Made by a program: the position numbers and the translations under genes. Below the pieces are notes generated by a model. It was not told the DNA's origin. It saw only the letters and a list, made by a program, of their open reading frames with translations, and made no database searches. 64,000 nt of DNA from the human T2T-CHM13v2.0 reference genome, Homo sapiens: the NCBI RefSeq assembly GCF_009914755.1, contig NC_060934.1, one strand, 5' to 3'. Below, piece after piece: positions 24,601-39,366 of the stretch. Every line of letters starts with the position of its first letter. Position 1 is the stretch's first letter.

Positions 24601-27600
24601 TCAGTGATAGAAAAGGATATATCTTCGTATTAAAAGTAGACAAAATCATTCTCAGAAAACTCTTTGTGATGTGTGTGTTCAACTCACAGAGTTTAACCTT
24701 TCTTTAATCGAGCAGTTTGGAAATACACTCTTTGTAAGTCTGCAGGTGGATATTTGGCCCTCTTTGAGCCCTTCTTTGGAAACGGGATTTCCTCTTATAA
24801 TGCTAGACAGAAGAATTCTCAGTAACTTCTCTGTGTTGTTTGTATTCAACACACAGATTTGAACCTTCCTTTAGAGAGAGCAGATTTGAAACACTCTGTT
24901 TTTGGAATTTGCAAGTGCAGATTTCAAGCGCTTCTAGGCCTATGGCAGAAAAGGAAATATCTTCGTATAAAAACTACACAGAATCATTCTCAACAACTAC
25001 TTTGTGATGTGTGCGTTCAACTCACAGAGTTTAACCTTTCTTTTCATAGAGCAGTTTGGAAACACTCTGTTTGTAAAGCCTGCAAGTGCTTTTTTGGACT
25101 TCATTGAGGCCTTCGTTGGAAACGGGATTTCTTCATACAACGCTAGACAGAAGAATTCTCAGTAACTTCTTTGTGTTGTGTGTATTCAACTCACAGAGTT
25201 GAACCTTTCTTTAGAGAGAGCAGAGTTGAAACACTCTGTTTTTGGAATTTGCAAGTGCAGATTTCAAGCGATTCTAGGCCTATGGCAGAAAAGGAAATAT
25301 CTTCGTATAAAAACTACACAGAATCATTCTCAACAACTACTTTGTGATGTGTGCGTTCAACTCACAGAGTTTAACCTTTCTTTTCATAGAGCAGTTTGGA
25401 AACACTCTGTTTGTAAAGCCTGCAAGTGCTTTTTTGGACTTCATTGAGGCCTTCGTTGGAAACGGGATTTCTTCATATAATGCTAGACAGAAGAATTCTC
25501 AGTCACTTCTTTGTGTTGTGTGTATTCAAGTCACAGAGTTGAACCTTCCTTTAGACAGAGCAGTTTTGAAAAATTCTTTCTGTGGAGTTTGCAAGTGGAG
25601 ATTTCAAGCGATTTGAGGCTAATCTTTGAAATGGAAATATCTTCGTGTAAAAACTACACAGAATCATTCTCAGAAACTGCTTTGTCATCTGTGCGTTCAG
25701 TTCACAGAGTTTCACCTTTCTCTTCATAGAGCAGTTTGGAAAGACTCTGTCTGTAAAGTCTGCAAGTGATTAGTTAGACCCCTTTGAGGCCTTCGTTGGA
25801 AGCGGGATTTCTCATTTACTGCTAGACAGAAGAATTCTCAGTAAATCCTTTGTGTTGTGTGTATTCAACTCACAGAGTGGAACCTTCCTTTATTCAGAGC
25901 AGTTTTGAAACACTCTTTTTGTGGAATTTGCAAGTGGAGATTTCAAGCGATTTGACGCCAATCTTAGACATGGAAATATCTTCATATTAAAAGTACACAG
26001 AGTCATTCGTAGAAACTAGTTTGTGATGTGTGCCTTCAACTCACAGAGTTTAACCTTTCTTTTCATAGAGCAGTTGGGAAACACTCTATTTGTAAAGTCT
26101 GCAAGTGGATATTTGGACCTCTTTGAGGCCTTCGTTGGAAACGGGATTTCTTCATATAACGCTAGACAGAAGAATTCTCAGTAACTTCTTTGTGTTGCGT
26201 GTATTCAACTCACAGAGTTGAACCTTTCTTTAGAGGGAGCAGAGGTGAAACACTCTTTTTGTGGAATTTGCTAGTGTAGATTTCAAACGCTTCGAAGACA
26301 GTGATAGAAAAGGATATATCTTCGTATTAAAAGTAGACAAAATCATTCTCAGAAAACTCTTTGTGATGTGTGTGTTCAACTCACAGAGTTTAACCTTTCT
26401 TTAATCGAGCAGTTTGGAAATACACTCTTTGTAAGTCTGCAGGTGGATATTTGGCCCTCTTTGAGCCCTTCGTTGGAAACGGGATTTCCTCATATAATGC
26501 TAGACAGAAGAATTCTCAGTAACTTCTTTGTGTTGTTTGTATTCAACACACAGATTTGAACCTTCCTTTAGAGAGAGCAGATTTGAAACACTCTGTTTTT
26601 GGAATTTGCAAGTGCAGATTTCAAGCGCTTCTAGGCCTATGGCAGAAAAGGAAATATCTTCGTATAAAAACTACACAGAATCATTCTCAACAACTACTTT
26701 GTGATGTGTGCGTTCAACTCACAGAGTTTAACCTTTCTTTTCATAGAGCAGTTTGGAAACACTCTGTTTGTAAAGCGTGCAAGTGCTTTTTTGGACTTCA
26801 TTGAGGCCTTCGTTGGAAACGGGATTTCTTCATACAACGCTAGACAGAAGAATTCTCAGTAACTTCTTTGTGTTGTGTGTATTCAACTCACAGAGTTGAA
26901 CCTTTCTTTAGAGAGAACAGAGTTGAAACACTCTGTTTTTGGAATTTGCAAGTGCAGATTTCAAGCGATTCTAGGCCTATGGCAGAAAAGGAAATATCTT
27001 CGTATAAAAACTACACAGAATCATTCTCAACAACTACTTTGTGATGTGTGCGTTCAACTCACAGAGTTTAACCTTTCTTTTCATAGAGCAGTTTGGAAAC
27101 ACTCTGTTTGTAAAGCCTGCAAGTGCTTTTTTGGACTTCATTGAGGCCTTCGTTGGAAACGGGATTTCTTCATATAATGCTAGACAGAAGAATTCTCAGT
27201 CACTTCTTTGTGTTGTGTGTATTCAAGTCACAGAGTTGAACCTTCCTTTAGACAGAGCAGTTTTGAAAAATTCTTTCTGTGGAATTTGCAAGTGGAGATT
27301 TCAAGCGATTTGAGGCTAATCTTTGAAATGGAAATATCTTCGTGTAAAAACTACACAGAATCATTCTCAGAAACTGCTTTGTCATCTGTGCGTTCAGTTC
27401 ACAGAGTTTCACCTTTCTCTTCATAGAGCAGTTTGGAAAGACTCTGTCTGTAAAGTCTGCAAGTGATTAGTTAGACCCCTTTGAGGCCTTCTTTGGAAGC
27501 GGGATTTCTCATTTACTGCTAGACAGAAGAATTCTCAGTAAATCCTTTGTGTTGTGTGTATTCAACTCACAGAGTGGAACCTTCCTTTATTCAGAGCAGT

Positions 27601-30600
27601 TTTGAAAAACACTTTTTGTGGAATTTGCAAGTGGAGATTTCAGGCGATTTGACGCCAATCTTAGACATGGAAATATCTTCATATTAAAAGTACACAGAGT
27701 CATTCGTAGAAACTAGTTTGTGATGTGTGCCTTCAACTCACAGAGTTTAACCTTTCTTTTCATAGAGCAGTTTGGAAACACTCTATTTGTAAAGTCTGCA
27801 AGTGGATATTTGGACCTCTTTGAGGCCTTCGTTGGAAACGGGATTTCTTCATACAACGCTAGACAGAAGAATTCTCAGTAACTTCTTTGTGCTGTGTGTA
27901 TTCAACTCACAGAGTTGAACCTTTCTTTAGAGGGAGCAGAGGTGAAACAGTCTTTTTGTGGAATTTGCTAGTGTAGATTTCAAACGCTTCGAAGTCAGTG
28001 ATAGAAAAGGATATATCTTCGTATTAAAAGTAGACAAAATCATTCTCAGAAAACTCTTTGTGATGTGTGTGTTCAACTCACAGAGTTTAACCTTTCTTTA
28101 ATCGAGCAGTTTGGAAATACACTCTTTGTAAGTCTGCAGGTGGATATTTGGCCCTCTTTGAGCCCTTGGTTGGAAACGGGATTTCCTCTTATAATGCTAG
28201 ACAGAAGAATTCTCAGTAACTTCTCTGTGTTGTTTGTATTCAACACACAGATTTGAACCTTCCTTTAGAGAGAGCAGATTTGAAACACTCTGTTTTTGGA
28301 ATTTGCAAGTGCAGATTTAAAGCGCTTCTAGGCCTATGGCAGAAAAGGAAATATCTTCGTATAAAAACTACACAGAATCATTCTCAACAACTACTTTGTG
28401 ATGTGTGCGTTCAACTCACAGAGTTTAACCTTTCTTTTCATAGAGCAGTTTGGAAACACTCTGTTTGTAAAGCCTGCAAGTGCTTTTTTGGACTTCATTG
28501 AGGCCTTCGTTGGAAACGGGATTTCTTCATACAACGCTAGACAGAAGAATTCTCAGTAACTTCTTTGTGTTGTTTGTATTCAACTCACAGAGTTGAACCT
28601 TTCTTTAGAGAGAGCAGAGTTGAAACACTCTGTTTTTGGAATTTGCAAGTGCAGATTTCAAGCGATTCTAGGCCTATGGCAGAAAAGGAAATATCTTCGT
28701 ATAAAAACTACACAGAATCATTCTCAACAACTACTTTGTGATGTGTGCGTTCAACTCACAGAGTTTAACCTTTCTTTTCATAGAGCAGTTTGGAAACACT
28801 CTGTTTGTAAAGCCTGCAAGTGCTTTTTTGGACTTCATTGAGGCCTTCGTTGGAAACGGGATTTCTTCATATAATGCTAGACAGAAGAATTCTCAGTCAC
28901 TTCTTTGTGTTGTGTGTATTCAAGTCACAGAGTTGAACCTTCCTTTAGACAGAGCAGTTTTGAAAAATTCTTTCTGTGGAGTTTGCAAGTGGAGATTTCA
29001 AGCGATTTGAGGCTAATCTTTGAAATGGAAATATCTTCGTGTAAAAACTACACAGAATCATTCTCAGAAACTGCTTTGTCATCTGTGCGTTCAGTTCACA
29101 GAGTTTCACCTTTCTCTTCATAGAGCAGTTTGGAAAGACTCTGTCTGTAAAGTCTGCAAGTGATTAGTTAGACCCCTTTGAGGCCTTCGTTGGAAGCGGG
29201 ATTTCTCATTTACTGCTAGACAGAAGAATTCTCAGTAAATCCTTTGTGTTGTGTGTATTCAACTCACAGAGTGGAACCTTCCTTTATTCAGAGCAGTTTT
29301 GAAACACTCTTTTTGTGGAATTTGCAAGTGGAGATTTCAAGCGATTTGACGCCAATCTTAGACATGGAAATATCTTCATATTAAAAGTACACAGAGTCAT
29401 TCGTAGAAACTAGTTTGTGATGTGTGCCTTCAACTCACAGAGTTTAACCTTTCTTTTCATAGAGCAGTTGGGAAACACTCTATTTGTAAAGTCTGCAAGT
29501 GGATATTTGGACCTCTTTGAGGCCTTCGTTGGAAACGGGATTTCTTCATATAACGCTAGACAGAAGAATTCTCAGTAACTTCTTTGTGTTGTGTGTATTC
29601 AACTCACAGAGTTGAACCTTTCTTTAGAGGGAGCAGAGGTGAAACACTCTTTTTGTGGAATTTGCTAGTGTAGATTTCAAACGCTTCGAAGACAGTGATA
29701 GAAAAGGATATATCTTCGTATTAAAAGTAGACAAAATCATTCTCAGAAAACTCTTTGTGATGTGTGTGTTCAACTCACAGAGTTTAACCTTTCTTTAATC
29801 GAGCAGTTTGGAAATACACTCTTTGTAAGTCTGCAGGTGGATATTTGGCCCTCTTTGAGCCCTTCGTTGGAAACGGGATTTCCTCATATAATGCTAGACA
29901 GAAGAATTCTCAGTAACTTCTTTGTGTTGTTTGTATTCAACACACAGATTTGAACCTTCCTTTAGAGAGAGCAGATTTGAAACACTCTGTTTTTGGAATT
30001 TGCAAGTGCAGATTTCAAGCGCTTCTAGGCCTATGGCAGAAAAGGAAATATCTTCGTATAAAAACTACACAGAATCATTCTCAACAACTACTTTGTGATG
30101 TGTGCGTTCAACTCACAGAGTTTAACCTTTCTTTTCATAGAGCAGTTTGGAAACACTCTGTTTGTAAAGCGTGCAAGTGCTTTTTTGGACTTCATTGAGG
30201 CCTTCGTTGGAAACGGGATTTCTTCATACAACGCTAGACAGAAGAATTCTCAGTAACTTCTTTGTGTTGTGTGTATCCAACTCACAGAGTTGAACCTTTC
30301 TTTAGAGAGAACAGAGTTGAAACACTCTGTTTTTGGAATTTGCAAGTGCAGATTTCAAGCGATTCTAGGCCTATGGCAGAAAAGGAAATATCTTCGTATA
30401 AAAACTACACAGAATCATTCTCAACAACTACTTTGTGATGTGTGCGTTCAACTCACAGAGTTTAACCTTTCTTTTCATAGAGCAGTTTGGAAACACTCTG
30501 TTTGTAAAGACTGCAAGTGCTTTTTTGGACTTCATTGAGGCCTTCGTTGGAAACGGGATTTCTTCATATAATGCTAGAGAGAAGAATTCTCAGTCACTTC

Positions 30601-32579
30601 TTTGTGTTGTGTGTATTCAAGTCACAGAGTTGAACCTTCCTTTAGACAGAGCAGTTTTGAAAAATTCTTTCTGTGGAATTTGCAAGTGGAGATTTCAAGC
30701 GATTTGAGGCTAATCTTTGAAATGGAAATATCTTCGTGTAAAAACTACACAGAATCATTCTCAGAAACTGCTTTGTCATCTGTGCGTTCAGTTCACAGAG
30801 TTTCACCTTTCTCTTCATAGAGCAGTTTGGAAAGACTCTGTCTGTAAAGTCTGCAAGTGATTAGTTAGACCCCTTTGAGGCCTTCGTTGGAAGCGGTATT
30901 TCTCATTTACTGCTAGACAGAAGAATTCTCAGTAAATCCTTTGTGTTGTGTGTATTCAACTCACAGAGTGGAACCTTCCTTTATTCAGAGCAGTTTTGAA
31001 ACACTCTTTTTGTGGAATTTGCAAGTGGAGATTTCAAGCGATTTGACGCCAATCTTAGACATGGAAATATCTTCATATTAAAAGTACACAGAGTCATTCG
31101 TAGAAACTAGTTTGTGATGTGTGCCTTCAACTCACAGAGTTTAACCTTTCTTTTCATAGAGCAGTTGGGAAACACTCTAGTTGTAAAGTCTGCAAGTGGA
31201 TATTTGGACCTCTTTGAGGCCTTCGTTGGAAACGGGATTTCTTCATATAACGCTAGACAGAAGAATTCTCAGTAACTTCTTTGTGTTGTGTGTATTCAAC
31301 TCACAGAGTTGAACCTTTCTTTAGAGGGAGCAGAGGTGAAACAGTCTTTTTGTGGAATTTGCTAGTGTAGATTTCAAACGCTTCGAAGTCAGTGATAGAA
31401 AAGGATATATCTTCGTATTAAAAGTAGACAAAATCATTCTCAGAAAACTCTTTGTGATGTGTGTGTTCAACTCACAGAGTTTAACCTTTCTTTAATCGAG
31501 CAGTTTGGAAATACACTCTTTGTAAGTCTGCAGGTGGATATTTGGCCGTCTTTGAGCCCTTCTTTGGAAACGGGATTTCCTCTTATAATGCTAGACAGAA
31601 GAATTCTCAGTAACTTCTCTGTGTTGTTTGTATTCAACACACAGATTTGAACCTTCCTTTAGAGAGAGCAGATTTGAAACACTCTGTTTTTGGAATTTGC
31701 AAGTGCAGATTTCAAGCGCTTCTAGGCCTATGGCAGAAAAGGAAATATCTTCGTATAAAAACTACACAGAATCATTCTCAACAACTACTTTGTGATGTGT
31801 GCGTTCAACTCACAGAGTTTAACCTTTCTTTTCATAGAGCAGTTTGGAAACACTCTGTTTGTAAAGCCTGCAAGTGCTTTTTTGGACTTCATTGAGGCCT
31901 TCGTTGGAAACGGGATTTCTTCATACAACGCTAGACAGAAGAATTCTCAGTCACTTCTTTGTGTTGTGTGTATTCAACTCACAGAGTTGAACCTTTCTTT
32001 AGAGAGAGCAGAGTTGAAACACTCTGTTTTTGGAATTTGCAAGTGCAGATTTCAAGCGATTCTAGGCCTATGGCAGAAAAGGAAATATCTTCGTATAAAA
32101 ACTACACAGAATCATTCTCAACAACTACTTTGTGATGTGTGCGTTCAACTCACAGAGTTTAACCTTTCTTTTCATAGAGCAGTTTGGAAACACTCTGTTT
32201 GTAAAGCCTGCAAGTGCTTTTTTGGACTTCATTGAGGCCTTCGTTGGAAACGGGATTTCTTCATATAATGCTAGACAGAAGAATTCTCAGTCACTTCTTT
32301 GTGTTGTGTGTATTCAAGTCAGAGAGTTGAACCTTCCTTTAGACAGAGCAGTTTTGAAAAATTCTTTCTGTGGAGTTTGCAAGTGGAGATTTCAAGAGAT
32401 TTGAGGCTAATCTTTGAAATGGAAATATCTTCGTGTAAAAACTACACAGAATCATTCTCAGAAACTGCTTTGTCATCTGTGCGTTCAGTTCACAGAGTTT
32501 CACCTTTCTCTTCATAGAGCAGTTTGGAAAGACTCTGTCTGTAAAGTCTGCAAGTGATTAGTTAGACCCCTTTGAGGCC
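15610..32579 (+). repeat. Run of ten consecutive 10-mer HORs (10 x 1697 = 16970 bp)
   Basis: Dimer-D marker ORF starts run from 17026 to 32299, spaced exactly 1697. Confidence 0.95.
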
Positions 32580-35500
32580 TTCGTTGGAAGCGGGATTTCT
32601 CATTTACTGCTAGACAGAAGAATTCTCAGTAAATCCTTTGTGTTGTGTGTATTCAACTCACAGAGTGGAACCTTCCTTTATTCAGAGCAGTTTTGAAAAA
32701 CACTTTTTGTGGAATTTGCAAGTGGAGATTTCAAGCGATTTGACGCCAATCTTAGACATGGAAATATCTTCATATTAAAAGTACACAGAGTCATTCGTAG
32801 AAACTAGTTTGTGATGTGTGCCTTCAACTCACAGAGTTTAACCTTTCTTTCCACAGAGCAGTTTGGAAACACTCTATTTGTAAAGTCTGCAAGTGGATAT
32901 TTGGACCTCTTTGAGGCCTTCGTTGGAAACGGGATTTCTTCATACAACGCTAGACAGAAGAATTCTCAGTAACTTCTTTGTGTTGTGTGTATTCAACTCA
33001 CAGAGTTGAACCTTTCTTTAGAGAGAGCAGAGTTGAAACACTCTGTTTTTGGAATTTGCAAGTGCAGATTTCAAGCGATTCTAGGCCTATGGCAGAAAAG
33101 GAAATATCTTCGTATAAAAACTACACAGAATCATTCTCAACAACTACTTTGTGATGTGTGCGTTCAACTCACAGAGTTTAACCTTTCTTTTCATAGAGCA
33201 GTTTGGAAACACTCTGTTTGTAAAGCCTGCAAGTGCTTTTTTGGACTTCATTGAGGCCTTCGTTGGAAACGGGATTTCTTCATATAATGCTAGACAGAAG
33301 AATTCTCAGTCACTTCTTTGTGTTGTGTGTATTCAAGTCACAGAGTTGAACCTTCCTTTAGACAGAGCAGTTTTGAAAAATTCTTTCTGTGGAGTTTGCA
33401 AGTGGAGATTTCAAGCGATTTGAGGCTAATCTTTGAAATGGAAATATCTTCGTGTAAAAACTACACAGAAGCATTCTCAGAAACTGCTTTGTCATCTGTG
33501 CGTTCAGTTCACAGAGTTTCACCTTTCTCTTCATAGAGCAGTTTGGAAAGACTCTGTCTTTAAAGTCTGCAAGTGATTAGTTAGACCCCTTTGAGGCCTT
33601 CGTTGGAAGCGGGATTTCTCATTTACTGCCAGACAGAAGAATTCTCAGTAAATCCTTTGTGTTGTGTGTATTCAACTCACAGACTGGAAACTTCCTTTAT
33701 TCAGAGCAGTTTTGAAAAACACTTTTTGTGGAATTTGCAAGTGGAGATTTCAAGCGATTTGACGCCAATCTTAGACATGGAAATATCTTCATATTACAAG
33801 TACACAGTCATTCGTAGAAACTAGTTTGTGATGTGTGCCTTCAACTCACAGAGTTTAACCTTTCTTTTCATAGAGCAGTTTGGAAACACTCTATTTGTAA
33901 AGTCTGCAAGTGGATATTTGGACCTCTTTGAGGCCTTCGTTGGAAACGGGATTTCTTCATATAACGCTAGACAGAAGAATTCTCAGTAACTGCTTTGTGT
34001 TGTGTGTATTCAACTCACCGAGTTGAACCTTTCTTTAGAGAGAGCAGAGTTGAAACACTCTTCTTGTGGAATTTGCTAGTGCAGATTTCAAACGCTTCGA
34101 AGACAGTGATAGAAAAGGATATCTCTTCGTATTAAAACTAGACAAAATCATTCTCAGAAAACACTTTGTGATGTGTGTGTTCAACTCACAGAGTTTAACC
34201 TTTCTTTAATTGAGCAGTTTGGAAATACACTCTTTGTAAGTCTGCAGGTGGATAATTGGCCCTCTTTGAGCCCTTCGTTGGAAACGGGATTTCCTCATAT
34301 AATGCTAGACAGAAGAATTCTCAGTAACTTCTTTGTGTTGTTTGTATTCAACTCACAGATTTGAACCTTCCTTTAGAGAGAGCAGATTTGAAACACTCTG
34401 TTTTTGGAATTTGCAAGTGCAGATTTCAAGCGCTTCTAGGCCTATGGCAGAAAAGGAAATATCTTCGTATAAAAACTACACAGAATCATTCTCAACAACT
34501 ACTTTGTGATGTGTGCGTTCAACTCACACAGTTTAACCTTTCTTTTCATAGAGCAGTTTGGAAACACTCTGTTTGTAAAGCCTGCAAGTGCTTTTTTGGA
34601 CTTCATTGAGGCCTTCGTTGGAAACGGGATTTCTTCATATAATGCTAGACAGAAGAATTCTCAGTCAGTTCTTTGTGTTGTGTGTATTCAAGTCACAGAG
34701 GTGAACCTTCTTTTAGACAGAGCAGTTTTGAAAAATTCTTTCTGTGGAATTTGCAATTGGAGATTTTAAGCGATTTGAGGCTAATCTTTGAAATGGAAAT
34801 ATCTTCGTGTAAAAACTACACAGAATCATTCTCAGAAACTGCTTTGTTATCTGTGCGTTCAGTTCACAGAGTTTCACCTTTCTCTTCATAGAGCAGTTTG
34901 GAAAGACTCTGTCTGTAAAGTCCGCAAGTGATTAGTTAGACCCCTTTGAGGCCTTCGTTGGAAGCGGGATTTCTCATTTACTGCTAGACAGAAGAATTCT
35001 CAGTAAATCCTTTGTGTTGTGTGTATTCAACTCACAGAGTGGAACCTTCCTTTATTCAGAGCAGTTTTGAAAAACACTTTTTGTGGAATTTGCAAGTGGA
35101 GATTTCAAGCGATTTGACGCCAATCTTAGACATGGAAATATCTTCATATTAAAAGTACACAGAGTCATTCGTAGAAACTAGTTTGTGATGTGTGCCTTCA
35201 ACTCACAGAGTTTAACCTTTCTTTTCATAGAGCAGTTTGGAAACACTCTGTTTGTAAAGTCTGCAAGTGGATATTTGGACCTCTTTGAGGCCTTCGTTGG
35301 AAACGGGATTTCTTCATACAACGCTAGACAGAAGAATTCTCAGTAACTTCTTTGTGTTGTGTGTATTCAACTCACAGAGTTGAACCTTTCTTTAGAGAGA
35401 GCAGAGTTGAAACACTCTGTTTTTGGAATTTGCAAGTGCAGATTTCAAGCGATTCTAGGCCTATGGCAGAAAAGGAAATATCTTCGTATAAAAACTACAC

Positions 35501-35972
35501 AGAATCATTCTCAACAACTACTTTGTGATGTGTGCGTTCAACTCACAAAGTTTAACCTTTCTTTTCATAGAGCAGTTTGGAAACACTCTGTTTGTAAAGC
35601 CTGCAAGTGCTTTTTTGGACTTCATTGAGGCCTTCGTTGGAAACGGGATTTCTTCATATAATGCTAGACAGAAGAATTCTCAGTCAGTTCTTTGTGTTGT
35701 GTGTATTGAAGTCACAGAGGTGAAACTTCTTTTAGACAGAGCAGTTTTGAAAAATTCTTTCTGTGGAATTTGCAATTGGAGATTTTAAGCGATTTGAGGC
35801 TAATCTTTGAAATGGAAATATCTTCGTGTAAAAACTACACAGAATCATTCTCAGAAACTGCTTTGTTATCTGTGCGTTCAGTTCACAGAGTTTCACCTTT
35901 CTCTTCATAGAGCAGTTTGGAAAGACTCTGTCTGTAAAGTCTGCAAGTGATTAGTTAGACCCCTTTGAGGAC

Positions 35973-38009
35973 TTCGTTGGAAGCGGGATTTCTCATTTAC
36001 TGCTAGACAGAAGAATTCTCAGTAAATCCTTTGTGTTGTGTGTATTCAACTCACAGAGTGGAACCTTCCTTTATTCAGAGCAGTTTTGAAAAACACTTTT
36101 TGTGGAATTTGCAAGTGGAGATTTCAAGCGATTTGACGCCAATCTTAGACATGGAAATATCTTCATATTAAAAGTACACAGAGTCATTCGTAGAAACTAG
36201 TTTGTGATGTGTGCCTTCAACTCACAGAGTTTAACCTTTCTTTTCATAGAGCAGTTTGGAAACACTCTGTTTATAAAGTCTGCAAGTGAATATTTGGACC
36301 TCTTTGAGGCCTTCGTTGGAAACGGGATTTCTTCATACAACGCTAGACAGAAGAATTCTCAGTAACTTCTTTGTGTTGTGTGTATTCAACTCACAGAGTT
36401 GAACCTTTCTTTAGAGAGAGTAGAGTTGAAACACTCTGTTTTTGGAATTTGCAAGTGCAGATTTCAAGCGATTCTAGGCCTATGGCAGAAAAGGAAATAT
36501 CTTCGTATAAAAACTACACAGAATCATTCTCAACAACTACTTTGTGATGTGTGCGTTCAACTCACAAAGTTTAACGTTTCTTTTCATAGAGAAGTTTGGA
36601 AACACTCTGTTTGTAAAGCCTGCAAGTGCTTTTTTGGACTTCATTGAGGCCTTCGTTGGAAACGGGATTTCTTCATATAATGCTAGACAGAAGAATTCTC
36701 AGTAAATCCTTTGTGTTGTGTTTATTCAACTCACAGAGTGGAACCTTCTTTTATTCAGAGCAGTTTTGAAACACTCTTTTTGTGGAATTTGCAAGTGGAG
36801 ATTTCAAGCGATTTGACGCCAATCTTAGACATGGAAATATCTTCATATTAAAAGTACACAGAATCATTCGTAGAAACTAGTTTGTGATGTGTGCCTTCAA
36901 CTCACAGAGTTTAACCTTTCTTTTCATAGAGCAGTTCGGAAACACTCTATTTGTAAAGTCTGCAAGTGGATATTTGGACCTCTTTGAGGCCTTCGTTGGA
37001 AAAGGGATTTCTTCGTATAACGCTAGACAGAAGAATTCTCAGTAACTTCTTTGTGTTGGGTGTATTCAACTCACAGAGTTGAACCTTTCTTTAGAGAGAG
37101 CAGAGTTGAAACACTCTTTTTGTGGAATTTGCTAGTGCAGATTTCAAACGCTTCGAAGACAGTGATAGCAAAGGATATATCTTCGTATTAAAACTAGACA
37201 AAATCATTCTCAGAAAACACTTTGTGATGTGTGTGTTCAACTCACAGAGTTTAACCTTTCTTTAATTGAGCAGTTTGGAAATACACTCTTTGTAAGTCTG
37301 CAGGTGGATAATTGGCCCTCTTTGAGCCCTTCGTTGGAAACGGAATTTCCTCATATAATGCTAGACAGAAGAATTCTCAGTAACTTCTTTGTGTTGTTTG
37401 TATTCAACTCACAGATTTGAACCTTCCTTTAGAGAGAGCAGATTTGAAACACTCTGTTTTTGGAATTTGCAAGTGCAGATTTCAAGCGCTTCTAGGCCTA
37501 TGGCAGAAAAGGAAATATCTTCGTATAAAAACTACACAGAATCATTCTCAACAACTACTTTGTGATGTGTGCGTTCAACTCACAGAGTTTAACCTTTCTT
37601 TTCTTAGAGCAGTTTGGAAACACTCTGTTTGTAAAGCCTGCAAGTGCTTTTTTGGACTTCATTGAGGCCTTCGTTGGAAACGGGATTTCTTCATATAATG
37701 CTAGACAGAAGAATTCTCAGTCACTTCTTTGTGTTGTGTGTATTCAAGTCACAGAGGTGAACCTTCTTTTAGACAGAGCAGTTTTGAAAAATTCTTTCTG
37801 TGGAATTTGCAATTGGAGATTTTAAGCGATTTGAGGCTAATCTTTGAAATGGAAATATCTTCGTGTAAAAACTACACAGAAGCATTCTCAGAAACTGCTT
37901 TGTCATCTGTGCGTTCAGTTCACAGAGTTTCACCTTTCTCTTCATAGAGCAGTTTGGAAAGACTCTGTCTTTAAAGTCTGCAAGTGATTAGTTAGACCCC
38001 TTTGAGGCC
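35973..38009 (+). repeat. 12-mer variant A-C'-A*-B-C-D, 2037 bp (also 44118-46154 and 50566-52602)
   Basis: At 36652 a D-type start (GGAAACGGGATTTCTTCATATAATGCTAG) runs directly into A-type sequence (CAGTAAATCCTTTG), giving a 340-bp hybrid A*. Confidence 0.9.
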
Positions 38010-39366
38010 TTCGTTGGAAGCGGGATTTCTCATTTACTGCTAGACAGAAGAATTCTCAGTAAATCCTTTGTGTTGTGTGTATTCAACTCACAGAGTGGAA
38101 CCTTCCTTTATTCAGAGCAGTTTTGAAAAACACTTTTTGTGGAATTTGCAAGTGGAGATTTCAAACGATTTGACGTCAATCTTAGACATGGAAATATCTT
38201 CATATTAAAAGTACACAGAGTCATTCGTAGAAACTAGTTTGTGATGTGTGCCTTCAACTCACAGAGTTTAACCTTTCTTTTCATAGAGCAGTTTGGAAAC
38301 ACTCTATTTGTAAAGTCTGCAAGTGCATATTTGGACCTCTTTGAGGCCTTCGTTGGAAACGGGATTTCTTCATATAACGCTAGAGAGAAGAATTCTCAGT
38401 AACTTCTTTGTGTTGTGTGTATTCAACTCACCGAGTTGAACCTTTCTTTAGAGAGAGCAGAGTTGAAACACTCTTCTTGTGGAATTTGCTAGTGCAGATT
38501 TCAAACGCTTCGAAGACAGTGATAGAAAAGGGTATATCTTCGTATTAAAACTAGACAAAATCATTCTCAGAAAACACTTTGTGATGTGTGTGTTCAACTC
38601 ACAGAGTTTAACCTTTCTTTAATTGAGCAGTTTGGAAATACACTTTTTGTAAATCTGCAGGTGGATAATTGGCCCTCTTTGAGCCCTTCGTTGGAAACGG
38701 GATTTCCTCATATAATGCTAGACAGAAGAATTCTCAGTAACTTCTTTGTGTTGTTTGTATTCAACTCACAGATTTGAACCTTCCTTTAGAGAGAGCAGAT
38801 TTGAAACACTCTGTTTTTGGAATTTGCAAGTGCAGATTTCAAGCGCTTCTAGGCCTATGGCAGAAAAGGAAATATCTTCGTATAAAAACTACACAGAATC
38901 ATTCTCAACAACTACTTTGTGATGTGTGCGTTCAACTCACAGAGTTTAACCTTTCTTTTCTTAGAGCAGTTTGGAAACACTCTGTTTGTAAAGCCTGCAA
39001 GTGCTTTTTTGGACTTCATTGAGGCCTTCGTTGGAAACGGGATTTCTTCATATAATGCTAGACAGAAGAATTCTCAGTCAGTTCTTTGTGTTGTGTGTAT
39101 TCAAGTCACAGAGGTGAACCTTCTTTTAGACAGAGCAGTTTTGAAAAATTCTTTCTGTGGAATTTGCAATTGGAGATTTTAAGAGATTTGAGGCTAATCT
39201 TTGAAATGGAAATATCTTCGTGTAAAAACTACACAGAATCATTCTCAGAAACTGCTTTGTTATCTGTGCGTTCAGTTCACAGAGTTTCACCTTTCTCTTC
39301 ATAGAGCAGTTTGGAAAGACTCTGTCTGTAAAGTCTGCAAGTGATTAGTTAGACCCCTTTGAGGCC

